Assembly (NCBI GenBank): GCA_040954595.2
Contig: CM082583.2
Location: forward strand, 12,624,987-12,688,986
DNA: 64,000 bases
DNA from: Balanoglossus misakiensis
Lineage: Eukaryota; Animalia; Hemichordata
Direction: 5' to 3'
Within the stretch, counting starts at the first letter, position 1. Each line of letters begins with the position of its first letter. Of the stretch, positions 24,370-55,900 are shown in pieces. A program made the position numbers and the translations under genes. The notes below the pieces were generated by a model. The model searched no databases. It had not been told where the DNA came from and worked only from the letters and a program-made list of their open reading frames with translations.

Positions 24370-26540
24370 TATCGTCGCCATAGCGATCAAACGCTGTTTT
24401 TTTATGATCATCATATGTACTGAAAACCATATCGCATTACTTGCTATTAATTTTTTATCTCGATACTCAATTACGCCTAATAGTATATCACTTGGCATGC
24501 AATCAAATTATCAACGTTCCCCTGACCACCATTAGTGAAATACTACGCCACTATGATTTGATGGGCCGGAGGCCATTAGAATCGCCAAGGATCCCACTTC
24601 TTAGAGATTGCGTCACATATCTACTTTTATTGTTCTTTCATCCAACAGCCAACTTGAAGGCATCTTATTAACTTTAGTGAGTCTTCGATGACGTTTGTGG
24701 AGAAAATGACAAATCGATTAGTTGAAAAAGAAATTTGACACAAATCTTCGCCTCAAATTATTTTTTAAATAAGTCGCAACGAAATGAGATTTGTAAAAAA
24801 TGAGGTTGGTGATATTATTGCTATCCTTGCGTAAGTTATTCCTGTTTCGAAGATTATTAGCAAAATAAGAGAGGGGGAAACTGCAGGTGGATACGGGCCC
24901 GCGATAAGCTCTGTATAAAGCAGAGCTGAATCTGAAATCCAATCCTTTCCCGGGATTATTAACAATTATTTAGCTAGGAAATGAGGACTTCAAACCAGCG
25001 ACTTTTCATGTTCGGAACGGTGATGAATGTACAAAAAAGGACAAAATTTTACCACCCACACACGACATGATATTTCAAAGAGCAAGTCGGAAGGAGGCAG
25101 CTTACAAAATGGCTTTGAATTCCCGATGCACTTTGAATGTGATATTAAGAGTTGAAAAGGGGAATCTCAGAAGTGAAGCGATTTGGAAATGGCCGCTCGG
25201 TCATTCACCCGCTACACGAGGCCATCGTTTGCGCACACGTTCGGCCAATTAATTGTTCAGGCGATCGACCAGGAAATGGTGGACATCACCTTCAACTATG
25301 GTGATCAGGGCACGCATTATAAATTAATTGGAATGTCAGCGGCCGAACTATTCAATGTTTACGAGTCAGCAGGAAAGTACGCGCAAATAGATGACTTCTT
25401 CCAGTCCAAAGTTAGGGTATGGTCAGTTTATTCAGCCGGGGAGGGGGCCAAACATTCATCAGTTCGACCAATGCTATTTTTGGTCCGTTGAACTCTCGCA
25501 TTTTTCTCCATGCAACTTTCACTTTCAAACTGAATATGGATGATTTGGCGTGATTGGAAACGTTTCCTCCGAGTCGAAGCTTGGGGGTTTAAAAGTGCGA
25601 CATTTCACAGAGAGTGGGGCTTTAAGATATCCCCAAAGGATCCGTGGGAAGACTGCCATAACTTTCCACTCACCCACCTGTTTACTCTAAACAACGGGAA
25701 GAACTTCTTCCCGTTGTCTTCAAGAAGTCGTCATTCATCTCTGGACACACTTCAAAAGAAACAGCATCGGATAAAAGATGGCTGTCTCAAAATCAGCGAG
25801 TGAGATTGAAATTGACGGATATTCATTTGGGTCTGGACCGGGGAGCGCCTCCGTTAAAAAATATTTGAATTTTGTCTGGGCCGGGGAGAGCTCCTCCGTT
25901 AAGATATATTTGAATTTCGCTCCTGGGTATGGATGGTGAACCATCATGGCAATATGAAACGCCAGTTGCGTCAACAAGTGTGCGTCGAGTCAACAAGAAG
26001 ACATACTTGTCACGCACTGTTCAAAACAACAGGAAACCCGCTCTCAAGAAAGTAACGCCCGTCTAGTAATCCTTGGGGCAAAACGTGATGCGCCTCCATA
26101 TATATATGGAAGACCGGGAAAGTTAGGGAGGGGAGGGGGCTGAGAGGCCTCTCAATCAATTCCATCAGACGGTATTCCCTGGCGTAAGAGGGGGAGAATA
26201 GAACCAATATCACTTACTAGTAATATATATATATAATATATAGTAATATATACATTTTTCTATTTGTACTTTTTTCACACACTCTCTGAACGTCTCAAAC
26301 AATTAAGGGCGGTGGGTATATCATAAGGAGTTTGGAATGATTCGCCTCTTGTTTCTTCCTCGGTTTTAGGCCTAGGCTATGGACGAACACATATTTTAAA
26401 GGCCCATATTTGTTGACGTGGGCATTTCTATAAATATTGTTTGTAAACGGACCAGTTTGTTGAGAAACAAATAAATTGTGCCCCTTTAACTGGTTCTCCT
26501 TTCTTTCCTGGCATTCGTCGACGGATGTTGTTGTTTGTTG

Positions 26541-26548
<8 letters not shown>

Positions 26549-26628
<80 letters not shown>
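26549..26628. repeat. (TG)n microsatellite
   Basis: About 40 tg units. Confidence 0.97.
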
Positions 26629-26632
<4 letters not shown>

Positions 26633-28439
26633 TTTGGGGGGGGGAGACTTAAAGACGTCTCATATCAACCTGAGGTGCGGAGCCGCACGTGGGAGCGACT
26701 GTGTTTGTGTATAAACTGAAGTACTAGTACTAGTTAGTACACAATGGTGCACAATTGAATACGGGTCCTTGGTGAGATCTTTTATGTCTGTTGGAGGTAA
26801 ACAGAGTACGACCTAGATAGAGCCGTGGTCACAGAGAGCGCAACGTCATCGGTTTTTCACGTGTGTTTATGCGCACACTCGACTCTCTCATCATAGTCTC
26901 GTGACTAAAAACCCACAAGGCGATACGTTTACTTATTCGCTTGTTTCGAGTTACACGTCCGGCGTACGTCAACAACTATGAATAAGAAATCTGTTGATCA
27001 TCATGGACATTGATGAAGCTTTAAGATTTTTCCCGAAACAAAACACCTTAACATGCATCAATGTATGCAGGGTTCCAACACAGAGAATAATATATTTCAA
27101 GACCCAATAGGTATTTTTCAACACGTTACCCGCTTGAATTATTGACGATTCATTTCAGGTCCGGACATAAATTTACAAACACTAAGCAAGGTTGCTTTAT
27201 ATTTTAAACTTCAAAATCAGTTATACTTGCGCATGCAAAAGAATCTGTGTGTGTGTCATTTTACAACTTGGTTAAAAATAAATTAAATATTCGGGGCAAA
27301 AAATCACCAGTCGCTGTTCACCGGTTGTATAGTATGCCCCCAATATCAGGTCGGAATCATGACTGTCGCCCCACCGGGTAGACGACCCACGCTATGATTC
27401 TGAGTAAAATATGTTAAGATTAAAAATGACCGATTTTATGTATGTTGCTTCGGAACACGACGACTCCATCAGTACCATATTCCCACTTCACCTGTTTGTT
27501 TCTTAATTTTTTCTGTTTGATAATTTTGGTATATCAGAGAACGGACTGTTGACATACGGCAAGCTCATGATGCTATTATCCCCCTATCCGCGATCATTAT
27601 AATAGTACCAATCAACCTTATGTTAATAGGTAGATACTACATAGTGAACGAGTGAGGGCGAATGTCGTTGAGTGAACAGAACAATTATTATGTAGTTTTA
27701 GGGGAATTATATTAATGTGCCATAAGTCGTGGACATCCATAACAGTTTACAGGGAATAAATGCGGCGACAGTGTTTCGTTTATTCGAGTATTCAGCCCCG
27801 GGAGTTTTTTACGGAAAATATCCAGCGTTGGCTGTCCCTCAACCAATAGTTATGACACCCCTATTAGTAATAAGACATTCTAACTTGTTTTTCTCCATAT
27901 TTCAATGAGAGGGAGAGGTCAGTGCTCGGCTAGCTACGTGGTCTTCGCAAGCAGCGACCCTCATATTGTTCGATTTTTCACTGATTATCACTCAAGGAAG
28001 ATATTCAAGCAACTTACAACAGTAACCAAGGAAGAGTGTGTTTTATTCGACGTATCGGTCGAATACATCGCGGGATTTTTGTGCGTGGTTGATCGCGCGT
28101 TTGTTGCAGGTTGTTTGTTTCACTAGCGTCGATTGCTGGAACGAATCCAACGCTGCCGCCATATCATCAGTACAGTGCTCGACGCGACCCGCCATAACAG
28201 CCTCCCAAATTGGTACAAATCAACCCCGAAATTATTATTTTGAATCATTTCTGTCGCCCCGGAGGGATAGTCACAGTATGGGGTGGTGGAATAGACTGTG
28301 CCCATGAAGATAGTAAGAACATTTGTTTACTCAGGAAGACTGGACGGGCCTAAATTTCGCCGTCTTTTTCTCGTGTCTACGCGTCTGTTCTCCGTTTTCA
28401 GCAGATAAACAACGTGGTGAGGAAACTGCCGTCGAATCC

Positions 28440-46864
<18,425 letters not shown>

Positions 46865-49800
46865 TCGTACGCTCATCAGCAGAAGAAACAACATAAAGAC
46901 TGCTTTTTTCATCCATGGTACATATATTAAAAACAAAACGTATATATTTATACAGTTAATGTCATAACTTCAGAACACAACTTTTTCTGTTCTGCTAGTT
47001 GAAAAACGAAAAAAAAAAGTTGCAGGAAAATGTTACCCCCAAAATGTAGATGTAAAAACTCTATTTATACTGAATTTGCAATTTATTTTCTGCTTAATGA
47101 ATAATGCATAAAAGTTATGATATGAAAGAGAGATATTATTTTTGCTGACTTTCTTTCAGTTTGAAGAAAGTTGATATTACAATTGTAAAAGTCATGGGTC
47201 ACTTTGCGTCACATTTAAGCAATAATTTATTGAGTATTCTCACTAGTGTGATGTATGTTTGTGCTGCAAAAACCTCATAAAACCTCAAATTCGTGGATTT
47301 TTGTTTTCATTTTGTGTTTTCAGTTATATTTTTGCATGTAAATATGTTCAGATGTGTGTAAATATTGATACTATATATCATGTTTACAGTGCAGATTGTT
47401 ACTGAAGCTGCGTATCGCAATTTTGCTGCTTGGTCTTGTAAAATTTCCTTTTTTAGGGTTAGGAATTTTCAGGAATTATGGGACCAGGTGCCTTGCCTTT
47501 TGACCTTTTCTTAGGACAGTTCAGTTGTTCCTATACTGAGAGTGTGCAATATCAACAACTGTCTGTCTGTGATTCATTTATTCCGTTTACAAAATACTAA
47601 AATCTACGAATTGCTGACTACTTTCAAGTCAATTTTTTGTTGTTGAAGGATGTGTTTGTGAACTTTCAAATTCCTTACAGTCTGGGGCCTTGAGAGAACA
47701 CCCCTGTCTGGTCTTTTTATCTATCCCATCTGTAAAAACAAAACAAAAAAAGGACAAAAATGGGGAAAAAACTAAAAATAACAACACTTCTGTACTTATT
47801 TCTGAGTTTTACATATTCAATCACATACCTCCATCTTACAAATCTGATCGTATACCTCCATCATGCAAATTAGGACTTTCTCCTTTGTACAAATCTGATC
47901 ACACACAAATTTTTGAAGACTTGATGAAGGAATGACGAGAGAGATTGTAATACTGGTATTTATGAAGAAAAGTTAGCTTTACTGAGAATGTCTGTTTCCA
48001 CTACTGTCGGTTAAACACAAAGCTGCAACTGCATTCTTTCACTATTTGTATTTTAATGTGTACTTTAGTTGGAGGTCAGTGTTGAAATTTCGAACTAAAG
48101 ACAGGAAAAGCACAATTCAATGCAGTTTGAACTGTTACGTTACATCATCGGTTTAAAATTCACATTAGTTTTATATCATTTCCTTCTGTGTCTTCGTAGA
48201 ATGTTACAAACATTAATTAAAACAAAAGTTCACTTCCAGGCCAGAGGACATAAACGCAGATACCCAAGTAAAGGTGTGGGAGTGTTTGTACAGGGTTTTG
48301 CCAAAAGTACAAACGTCATTGTTTTTGGTGGACGTTTTTCTTTTTCTTTTTTGGTTTCTGAATTCTAGACAAAGGGATATGCAATCCACAATGAATAATT
48401 CTTGCTTGTTTTGAAATGTACTGAGACAGCAGATATATTTTCTGGACTCTGTGTGCTTTTCATGGCCAAGGTTTGATTGATTGATTTTTTTTGAATTTTT
48501 GAGTGTTGGAAGCAAATTTCAACAATCCCTGTGATATGCTGTGGCATTTATGATGTAGCTCTTTCCAAAAACAAATCAGGTTTTGGTTGAATAGAGAATG
48601 TCTTTGGAAAGCGTGGCTCCAACAGAAGTTGTACTCCAAACTTAGTCAAGGATTTTTGTTTAGTCAAAGTGACAGTACTTAGCCTATAGACCCACATCTG
48701 ACTAGGTCAGGTTTTTTTTCCCCTTTTTGTTTTGTTTTTCTTTCTGTAATAGCCATGGCCAACTGCACGCCTCGGCCAATCATAGGAACTGGGATGACAC
48801 ATAGAGCGTTATTATTTGTGAGGTGGATGGATATGTGATGTCAAATCATGATGGCCATTTCCCACCCTGCCACCCCCTCTTAATCAATGTAGTACTTTCT
48901 ACACATGCCTGACTTCAACTTAGAGTGATAGTGTACTAAACTTGTGGTGATAGTTCAAAAGGGGAGAATGTTTTCTTCATTCTCTCAGGAGCCACTATGT
49001 TGCAGATTACCAGAAGAGTGACAAAGATTTCTCTGTCTACAAACTAGTTTTTTTATATCCAGCAAACACATTTGCTGTCTGTGTTCAGTTTTAAAAAATA
49101 AACCAAAAAAACAGGCTTTTAAACTGCACAATAATGCTGCAGTGGTGAATTTTCTATCGACAAGTCTGTGGCATACAATTTTTGTGATAATCAGATGAAA
49201 TTCTGGATTCTAGAATTCTAGTCTGTGAATATTTCTGGCGGCAAACTAGTTCCGCCTGGGAGGTTTTTTCGCTTTAAAAAAAGACAAGGTCTATTTATGA
49301 CGGGCACACCTTTTCAGAATAGCGTACAACCACTTGGTTGTTTGTGGATTTTTTCCTCTCTTTTTCATACATTGAACCACTGGACAGTCATGCAGAGATG
49401 GAGAGAAATCATGTCTGTGCTGTGTGAACTCAAAAAAACGTTTTTACGACAGTTGAGTGTTACCATATCAACACAGCTTTTCAGAGTTTAATATAGTAGC
49501 GGTAGTGAATTCCAAATAAAAGAGTTGCATTTTTCCAGTGCATCTCCACCAAAAACTATTTAAACAAGAATTGTATTTTCAGGGTCTTTTTTTTTATTTG
49601 ATATGTGAATGGCTTACATGGGCAAGACCTACTTATTACTAACTGTCAGATTTCTATTATTTACTGTTGTACAAAAGATGTGTGGTGTAAAATTTCTCAT
49701 CGTCTGTGTTTATTTTTCTCTTCCCAAACCCCCTTGCCAGGAATGAGTGTATTTTAACTGCCAGTAGTTTTGCTTTGTAAATTACGCGCGTACAGTTTCA

Positions 49801-50080
49801 CCCTGCCCAATATTAAGTCATGGATTTAATTTTTTTTGTGAATGTCCATCTATGTGTTACATGTCTAGCATTATGTGAATGTATTTTGTTGAAAAAAGTA
49901 TATATACATACCATGATTAAAAATGTGGTGTCCTAAATATGACTATGTCAATTATGTGAATGCCATTAACAATCCAATAACAACATGACAACACCTGCTT
50001 AGTGTGTTTAAAAAACAAACTTGTTTATTCGCTTTTTGTCAAATTGAAAAAAAAACAAAAGCAAAACATTTCATTCTGTG

Positions 50081-51890
50081 TTAGTGTTTCTTTGATTTCT
50101 TTTCGACAACCTGTTCGTATCTTGACTTGCTTCTGTACCAGAGCATGAAGGGAATTCCAATGGAGGGTAGAGTCATCACAGCAAATGCGCCCCAGTCCAT
50201 CTGAAATATCAACACATATCAAAGTCTGTCAGTTGCGCTGGTGGATCCAAATAAAATCTACTAACAATGGATGTGAACTTCCAATCAACAAAATACTCAG
50301 CACTGAAGACAACCTTGATAAAGGATGAATACTCACATAATGTGGTGAAAATTTTCTGTCAAAATCTCGGAGTGCCATGATGCCACCTTCTCCTGGAGCA
50401 CTGGTGAATCCATACTAAGAAGAAACATATTGGACATTGATTAGTTTCATGGTGTGAAAATACAATTCTATCTTTGTTGAAACACAACTTGTTTTCATTA
50501 TAATTCACTTAATTCAATTACATTTGCATACTTTTCTGCATTTTGTCACCAGATGCAGGTTTCAAAAGTTGTGTGACAAAACACTTCACACATTTATCAA
50601 TGATAAACACAATGACTACCCTCATGCCAGCCAAAACATATGGGCCACTTTTAATTATCACTGAAACTTGAAACTTGTGAACAGCAAGAACTGAGATCAT
50701 AAAATAAAAGTGGAAAATTACTTTTCATGAAAATAATTCTCGGAAACTAATAGTAAACTGGTACAAAGACGCACAGTTTGCAATTTAAACACTCACCTGT
50801 GTCGGTGCGCCGTCTTGTGGGATGTACGAAACAGTTGCTGCAGTGAAGTTGAAGAATCCAGCTTGCAGTGGTCTGACGATGAGAGTGTGTGACACATTGC
50901 TGCCTGGTGCAACACGGTCCCATGTGACTAGGGTTTTACCTTGAACTGTTTGGAAATCAGTTTCTGGAAATGTGTCATCTTTAAGTTGTACATTCAAAGC
51001 AGCACTGTGGAGAGAAAAGATGACCATTGATCATAACTGCAGCTTTCTTTTTTTAAATTCTCATCACTCAAAGGAAAGTTTTTGTTTGTGAGCAGACACA
51101 TGACAAATTGTTATTTAACTTCAAAAACACAAACCTTGAACCAACGTTATAGATGTTATAGGCCACTGTCAGATCTTTGCCTTCTACCAGCCACTGGTTA
51201 AGTATGTTCTTTGAGGCTAGAAGCCTGGCGCCTGTGTCTTCTGTGTAGCCGACACCAGCCAGCAGTAGGAGGCCAACAACCACTGTAAACCGAAGCTGAG
51301 ATGAAAACAAAATATTGATCAATCAGGTTGTAGAGGCCATGTCGTTTGGTCTCCACCATTACGTCTGTCCTCGTATTGTTGATTTGATGTACATGTACAA
51401 CCCGGTAAAATTAACCAGTACCCGTATAGTTCATTGCGTGCAGTATGGGGAAAGAAACCATGCCATGTGTGCATTTCACAATGTTCATTTCAACAGCAAA
51501 CAATGGATATGATTGGAAGCTCCCGATGAGATCAGAGCGAAGTGATGACTATTCTGAAATAAGGCATTTAGTATCACTTTGCACGCAACAATGATCTGAT
51601 TCAAAACATACTACTAAAGTATTTGTTGGCAACTATTGTATGCAAAGAGCCAGCTTGCGGAAGTTGGACCATAGCACAGTGACACGTAGTAAAACAGGTA
51701 CAGCGGTACAATCGAGAGAACAGATCAGCTCGAAATCTAGGCGACTGCGTGATCAAATAACAGGAGCGAGAGTAATCTAAGATAAATCCTGATGTACTCT
51801 TTCTATGAGACTAATATCACGCCATAAACTGCAACATTTGATGACGAAATTTAACAAAATATACGAAGACCCCGGAACCATACTCACCAT
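50081..51890 (-). CDS. SSR2: Translocon-associated protein subunit beta (TRAP-beta), 5 exons, 189 aa
   Basis: Exons 51890-51888 (ATG only), 51295-51135 ([22 protein letters not shown]), 51004-50797 ([22 protein letters not shown]), 50414-50337 ([17 protein letters not shown]), 50200-50081 ([21 protein letters not shown]). Total 570 nt. Confidence 0.97.
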
Positions 51891-52101
51891 CTTGGTTACT
51901 CTGAGGTCAAAGAGGCAATAGACAACGCTACGTTTTCATTGGTCAGCTTTGACCAGCTGAGTATCACCTGACATGAAGTCTAGTCTGCGCCCTCATCGGT
52001 CGAAAAGTAAGTATGCTAGTCGTAAGCGCCCTCAAGCGTGCGACTTGCGTTGCTGTGCCGTGACGTCATAACCCAAACATCGACATAGAAACAACGTGAA
52101 G
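51891..52101. promoter_or_regulatory. Bidirectional promoter between SSR2 and the TTC24-like gene
   Basis: CpG-rich. ATTGG (CCAAT) at about 51938, GCGCCCTCA twice, palindromic CRE TGACGTCA at 52061-52068, and a + strand donor GAAG/gtaagc at 52101 consistent with a 5'UTR exon. Confidence 0.65.
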
Positions 52102-52975
52102 GTAAGCGTAGACAGAGGTATGGCGAAAAACTAGTGAATGACATTGGTGTTCTTGGAGTGGTAAGTTTTCCAACATTCGTTTTCTGTATGGCGACACTCC
52201 AGTAAACATTGAGGTACATAGAAATTGTGAGAAGTCGCTTAAAAGTAGCTCGGGGCTGAGATGTGAACTGCGGTGTGTGTTCATGTCAAGTTGTGTACAT
52301 TTATTGATGTAGTGGTTCTGCACCACTATAATAGTATAGTCGTCTGCTCGTTTATGAAGGGTCGTTAAGTTTTCATGGTCACAGATCAAACATCTGCTCA
52401 GCAAACGTCCATACCAGCAATCCATCTCCAGCAGACCCCCTCCATATCATCAAATTTAACCATCAAAGTGAAACAGGTGTGATCAGGTGACTACTGCTGA
52501 GCTGCCACTAGGCAACGTCCACGCCTCTTTCTAAATTATAATGCAGACATATTGTATGTGCACATGCTGTATTATTCCAGTGAAAACAGTAATCATAGTA
52601 TATTGTTATAATGTTATAAGCGAAAACAAACAAAAAGTAATTAAAATTTTTGAGATAATTGTTCAAGCGTTTTTTATTGTCAAGGTATAGGTAGAAAATT
52701 AATCAATTTAATCATTTCATTAAAACCTGTAATTTATTATGAAAGCTCAAGTACATTTGCATATGTTGAGTATGACCAATTTTGAAGTGGCAATTATTCT
52801 TTGAAAGAAAAAAGTCAATTTATTGATTTTACAGCCACAATAAATTGTGTATGAAGGAAAGAGTATAAATTGTACGCATGACCCTTTTAACCATAAATTA
52901 ATATTATCAGTGTGCCGTCTAAGCCCATGTGACGTGTTTTTTTTTTCAAATCCCAGACCATATGAATAGTTGACG

Positions 52976-55900
52976 ATGTCTGAGGTGGAGGTCGCTGCTG
53001 TGGTTTCACAGCCACCAGTCATGGAGCATTCAAAATTACCAAGACGTACGTCGCTGTCTGGAGACATTGACAGATTCACAAAGGCTGGAAATGAGGAGCT
53101 GTCGAAGGGGAGAATCAAAGAAGCTGTGGACGCATTTGAACAAGCGTATAAGCGAGCGGAAGAGCTCAATGAAGGGTATGCGTTGAGGGGTTGCGCTTTC
53201 AATCTTGGTGCTATCTATGTAGCTACTGGTCAACCTCAAAGAGGCATCGAGTTTCTGGAGAAAGGTGTCCCACCAGAAAACACCAAAGATGGCAGCTCGA
53301 ACGGAGACCTTTTCTACAATTTTGGACTCGCGCACGACGCGCTGCATAATTACAATGAAGCAATACAGAACTACGAGAAAGCCATCCAGGAGTACGAGTC
53401 TGAGCGGAATGTTAGCATGGGAGCTGAGGCTCATTGTAAACTGGGCTCGGTGTATCAGTACCTGCAAAAGTATTACCCGGCAGAGAAAGAATTTGGGAAA
53501 GCAGCAGTCAAGTATCAGAGCATCGAGGAAGTCTTGAAACAAACCAACGCTCTGTGTAACCAAGGCAACTGTCTACTGCAAACAAAGGATGTCCGCTCGG
53601 CAACCAAAGTATTAGACGACTGTTTGGAGTTGTGTGGAAAACAGGAGCAATCCAGCAAGCTAGGTGAGTAGCTATGAATTTTTTGTTGTTGTATAATCCT
53701 CCTTTGGGGTGCAGCCATTCTTGGGTTGCCTGGAAAGTCTTAGGCAGTGCGTCATTCAAAAAGCTGCAAATCATTTTAAGATTTACTTCCTTATGGATTG
53801 GTCAGCCATGGTAGTCAGGATGATTGGGCCTTGGTGATACAGAAAGTAAATTACAGTACAGCTACATGATGTATGCAGGGATGGGATTGTTCCAGTTATT
53901 CTACAGCTAGTTATCCACCTTCTTTATTTGCGACAATTTGACCTCAACTGTACAAAGGTCACAGAAGTGCTCGATGGAATTCTGTCTGCAGGTGTACACA
54001 GGAATCTGCATGTGAACCTGTTTGGAGATATCAAACACTTTGTCCTAACATGTTCTTATTTACAATGTACTTAAGTAGTCCCTAGGAACAGATTCACACA
54101 AATAGAATAACAAAATGTAGTAGATGTACTAGTACTCTAAAATTTGATATATGCTTTATCCTAAATTCTATTACCCAATGGTAGTTTATTATGCAACGGT
54201 ACAAGAACCGATTTTTTAAGAGATTGTAAATAACATTAATCAATTATAAAACACTTGTTGAGTGCTTTGATCAGCAACAAACTATAACAATTTTTCCCCC
54301 ACAATATTTTCACCCCAGGTAAAGTCTACCACGATGTTGGGCTTGGGTATGTCCAGATACGAGAATTCAACAAAGCGGTGCAATGTTTTGAGTTGGCTTT
54401 GCCACTTTTCCGAGACCCGCACAGAAATCAGAAGAAAGAGGCAGTGATTCTTCAGAATCTTGGTGCCGTCTACAACTCACTGTGTGATTACCAGAGAGCT
54501 ATTAGTTTCCATGAGAAAGCAGCTGCATTGCACAGTAAGTCTTTATAGAACCTTCATATAAAACTAAATGATGTATTACACTTTAACACAGTGATTTATA
54601 GTCTTACAGGTACAGCCTCCTTTTTATAGCAGTGGTTCTCACATTTATGGAGTTACGTGTTTACAAGCACAAATCATAATCCAACCTGACTGAGTGATTG
54701 ATTGCTATTGACTGTGTTTAATTTCAACTTTTTTGCCAGTAAACATTACATTTTGTGATTCCAGTACCAACATTCTAATCCACAAACATACTAACTGGTT
54801 GTGCAATGTACGATAATGTGACTTGTTAGCGGTTTTAACACTTAATTTCTACATCGTCATCATCCCTCTGAAAAATTACAGATGCCCTGGGCGATAGAAC
54901 CAGACAAGGTCAGTGTTTCAACAACCTGGCATTTGCATTCAGCCAGCTTGGAGATTTTGAGTCAGCTGGGGAGTCCTACCTTCACGCTTTACAGGCAGCT
55001 AAGGACACAGGTGAGTATCAACCAATAGGATGATTCCATCATTGATGTAGATGTTTTAAAACCAGAAATTAAAGTAAATCTTTTTTTGTTCTGCTTGTTT
55101 TTCTGTGATAACATTTCTTTGAATTAGTTTTAAACCAATAAAAGGTATATTTTTCTAAAATTCTTCAAATTCCTGTTTTTTCTATGTTTCAGGTGACAAG
55201 CGTGCTCAGTGGCAAGCATATGAAGGTCTAGCAGCCGTCCACTTGCACCAGGGAGAGACAGAGAAAGCAATATCTCTGTACAAACAGGCTCTGACACTTG
55301 CAGCCCAATTCCCAAACTCTGAAACATCACAAGAGAGATTAGTCGGCAAACTGACTGATGCCATTGAATACCAGTTGAAACTCAGTGGATCTCATCGACA
55401 TTCCATGCGAAGAAAGGCCATCCTTTTGTCTCGGCAGTCGGTAAGCACTGAGTCTTTCTCTCTGTTATATTTCAGATTTTTTTGCTTGAAATTGATTTAG
55501 AGGGTATACCAAAAACAACATTACCCATAAACCCAGAACATGTGAAAAGATTCTGGTGCAATGATTGGTTGATTAACTTTGAATTTATAATATAATTGGA
55601 GCTCACTTTTTTCCTATTCTGTACCTATGTGACAGAGTGAACACATGACACTACAGACCAGCAGAGCCACTATGACAAGTCCTGATAAGTTTATCCCAAG
55701 GATTGTGGAAACACAGGCATCGGTGATTGAAATCTCAAGGCCACCTTCAAGGGCGAGACCTAGGAGGTAAAGTCAGACTTTTATAACTTCACTAAATCAT
55801 TTTCCAGTGAGTATATTTTTAGCCAGACCAGGACCCAGTTAAATTTTGCCAATGTGAACAACACTCTTGTGATAATAGACAGTTTGCTATTTATTGTACT

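Noticed and set aside
24112-24535. Poly-His/Asp/Met/Ile ORFs
   Set aside because: Translations of the CAT microsatellite.
50201-51887. snoRNAs in SSR2 introns
   Set aside because: No matched C/D box pair with a terminal stem on the sense strand.
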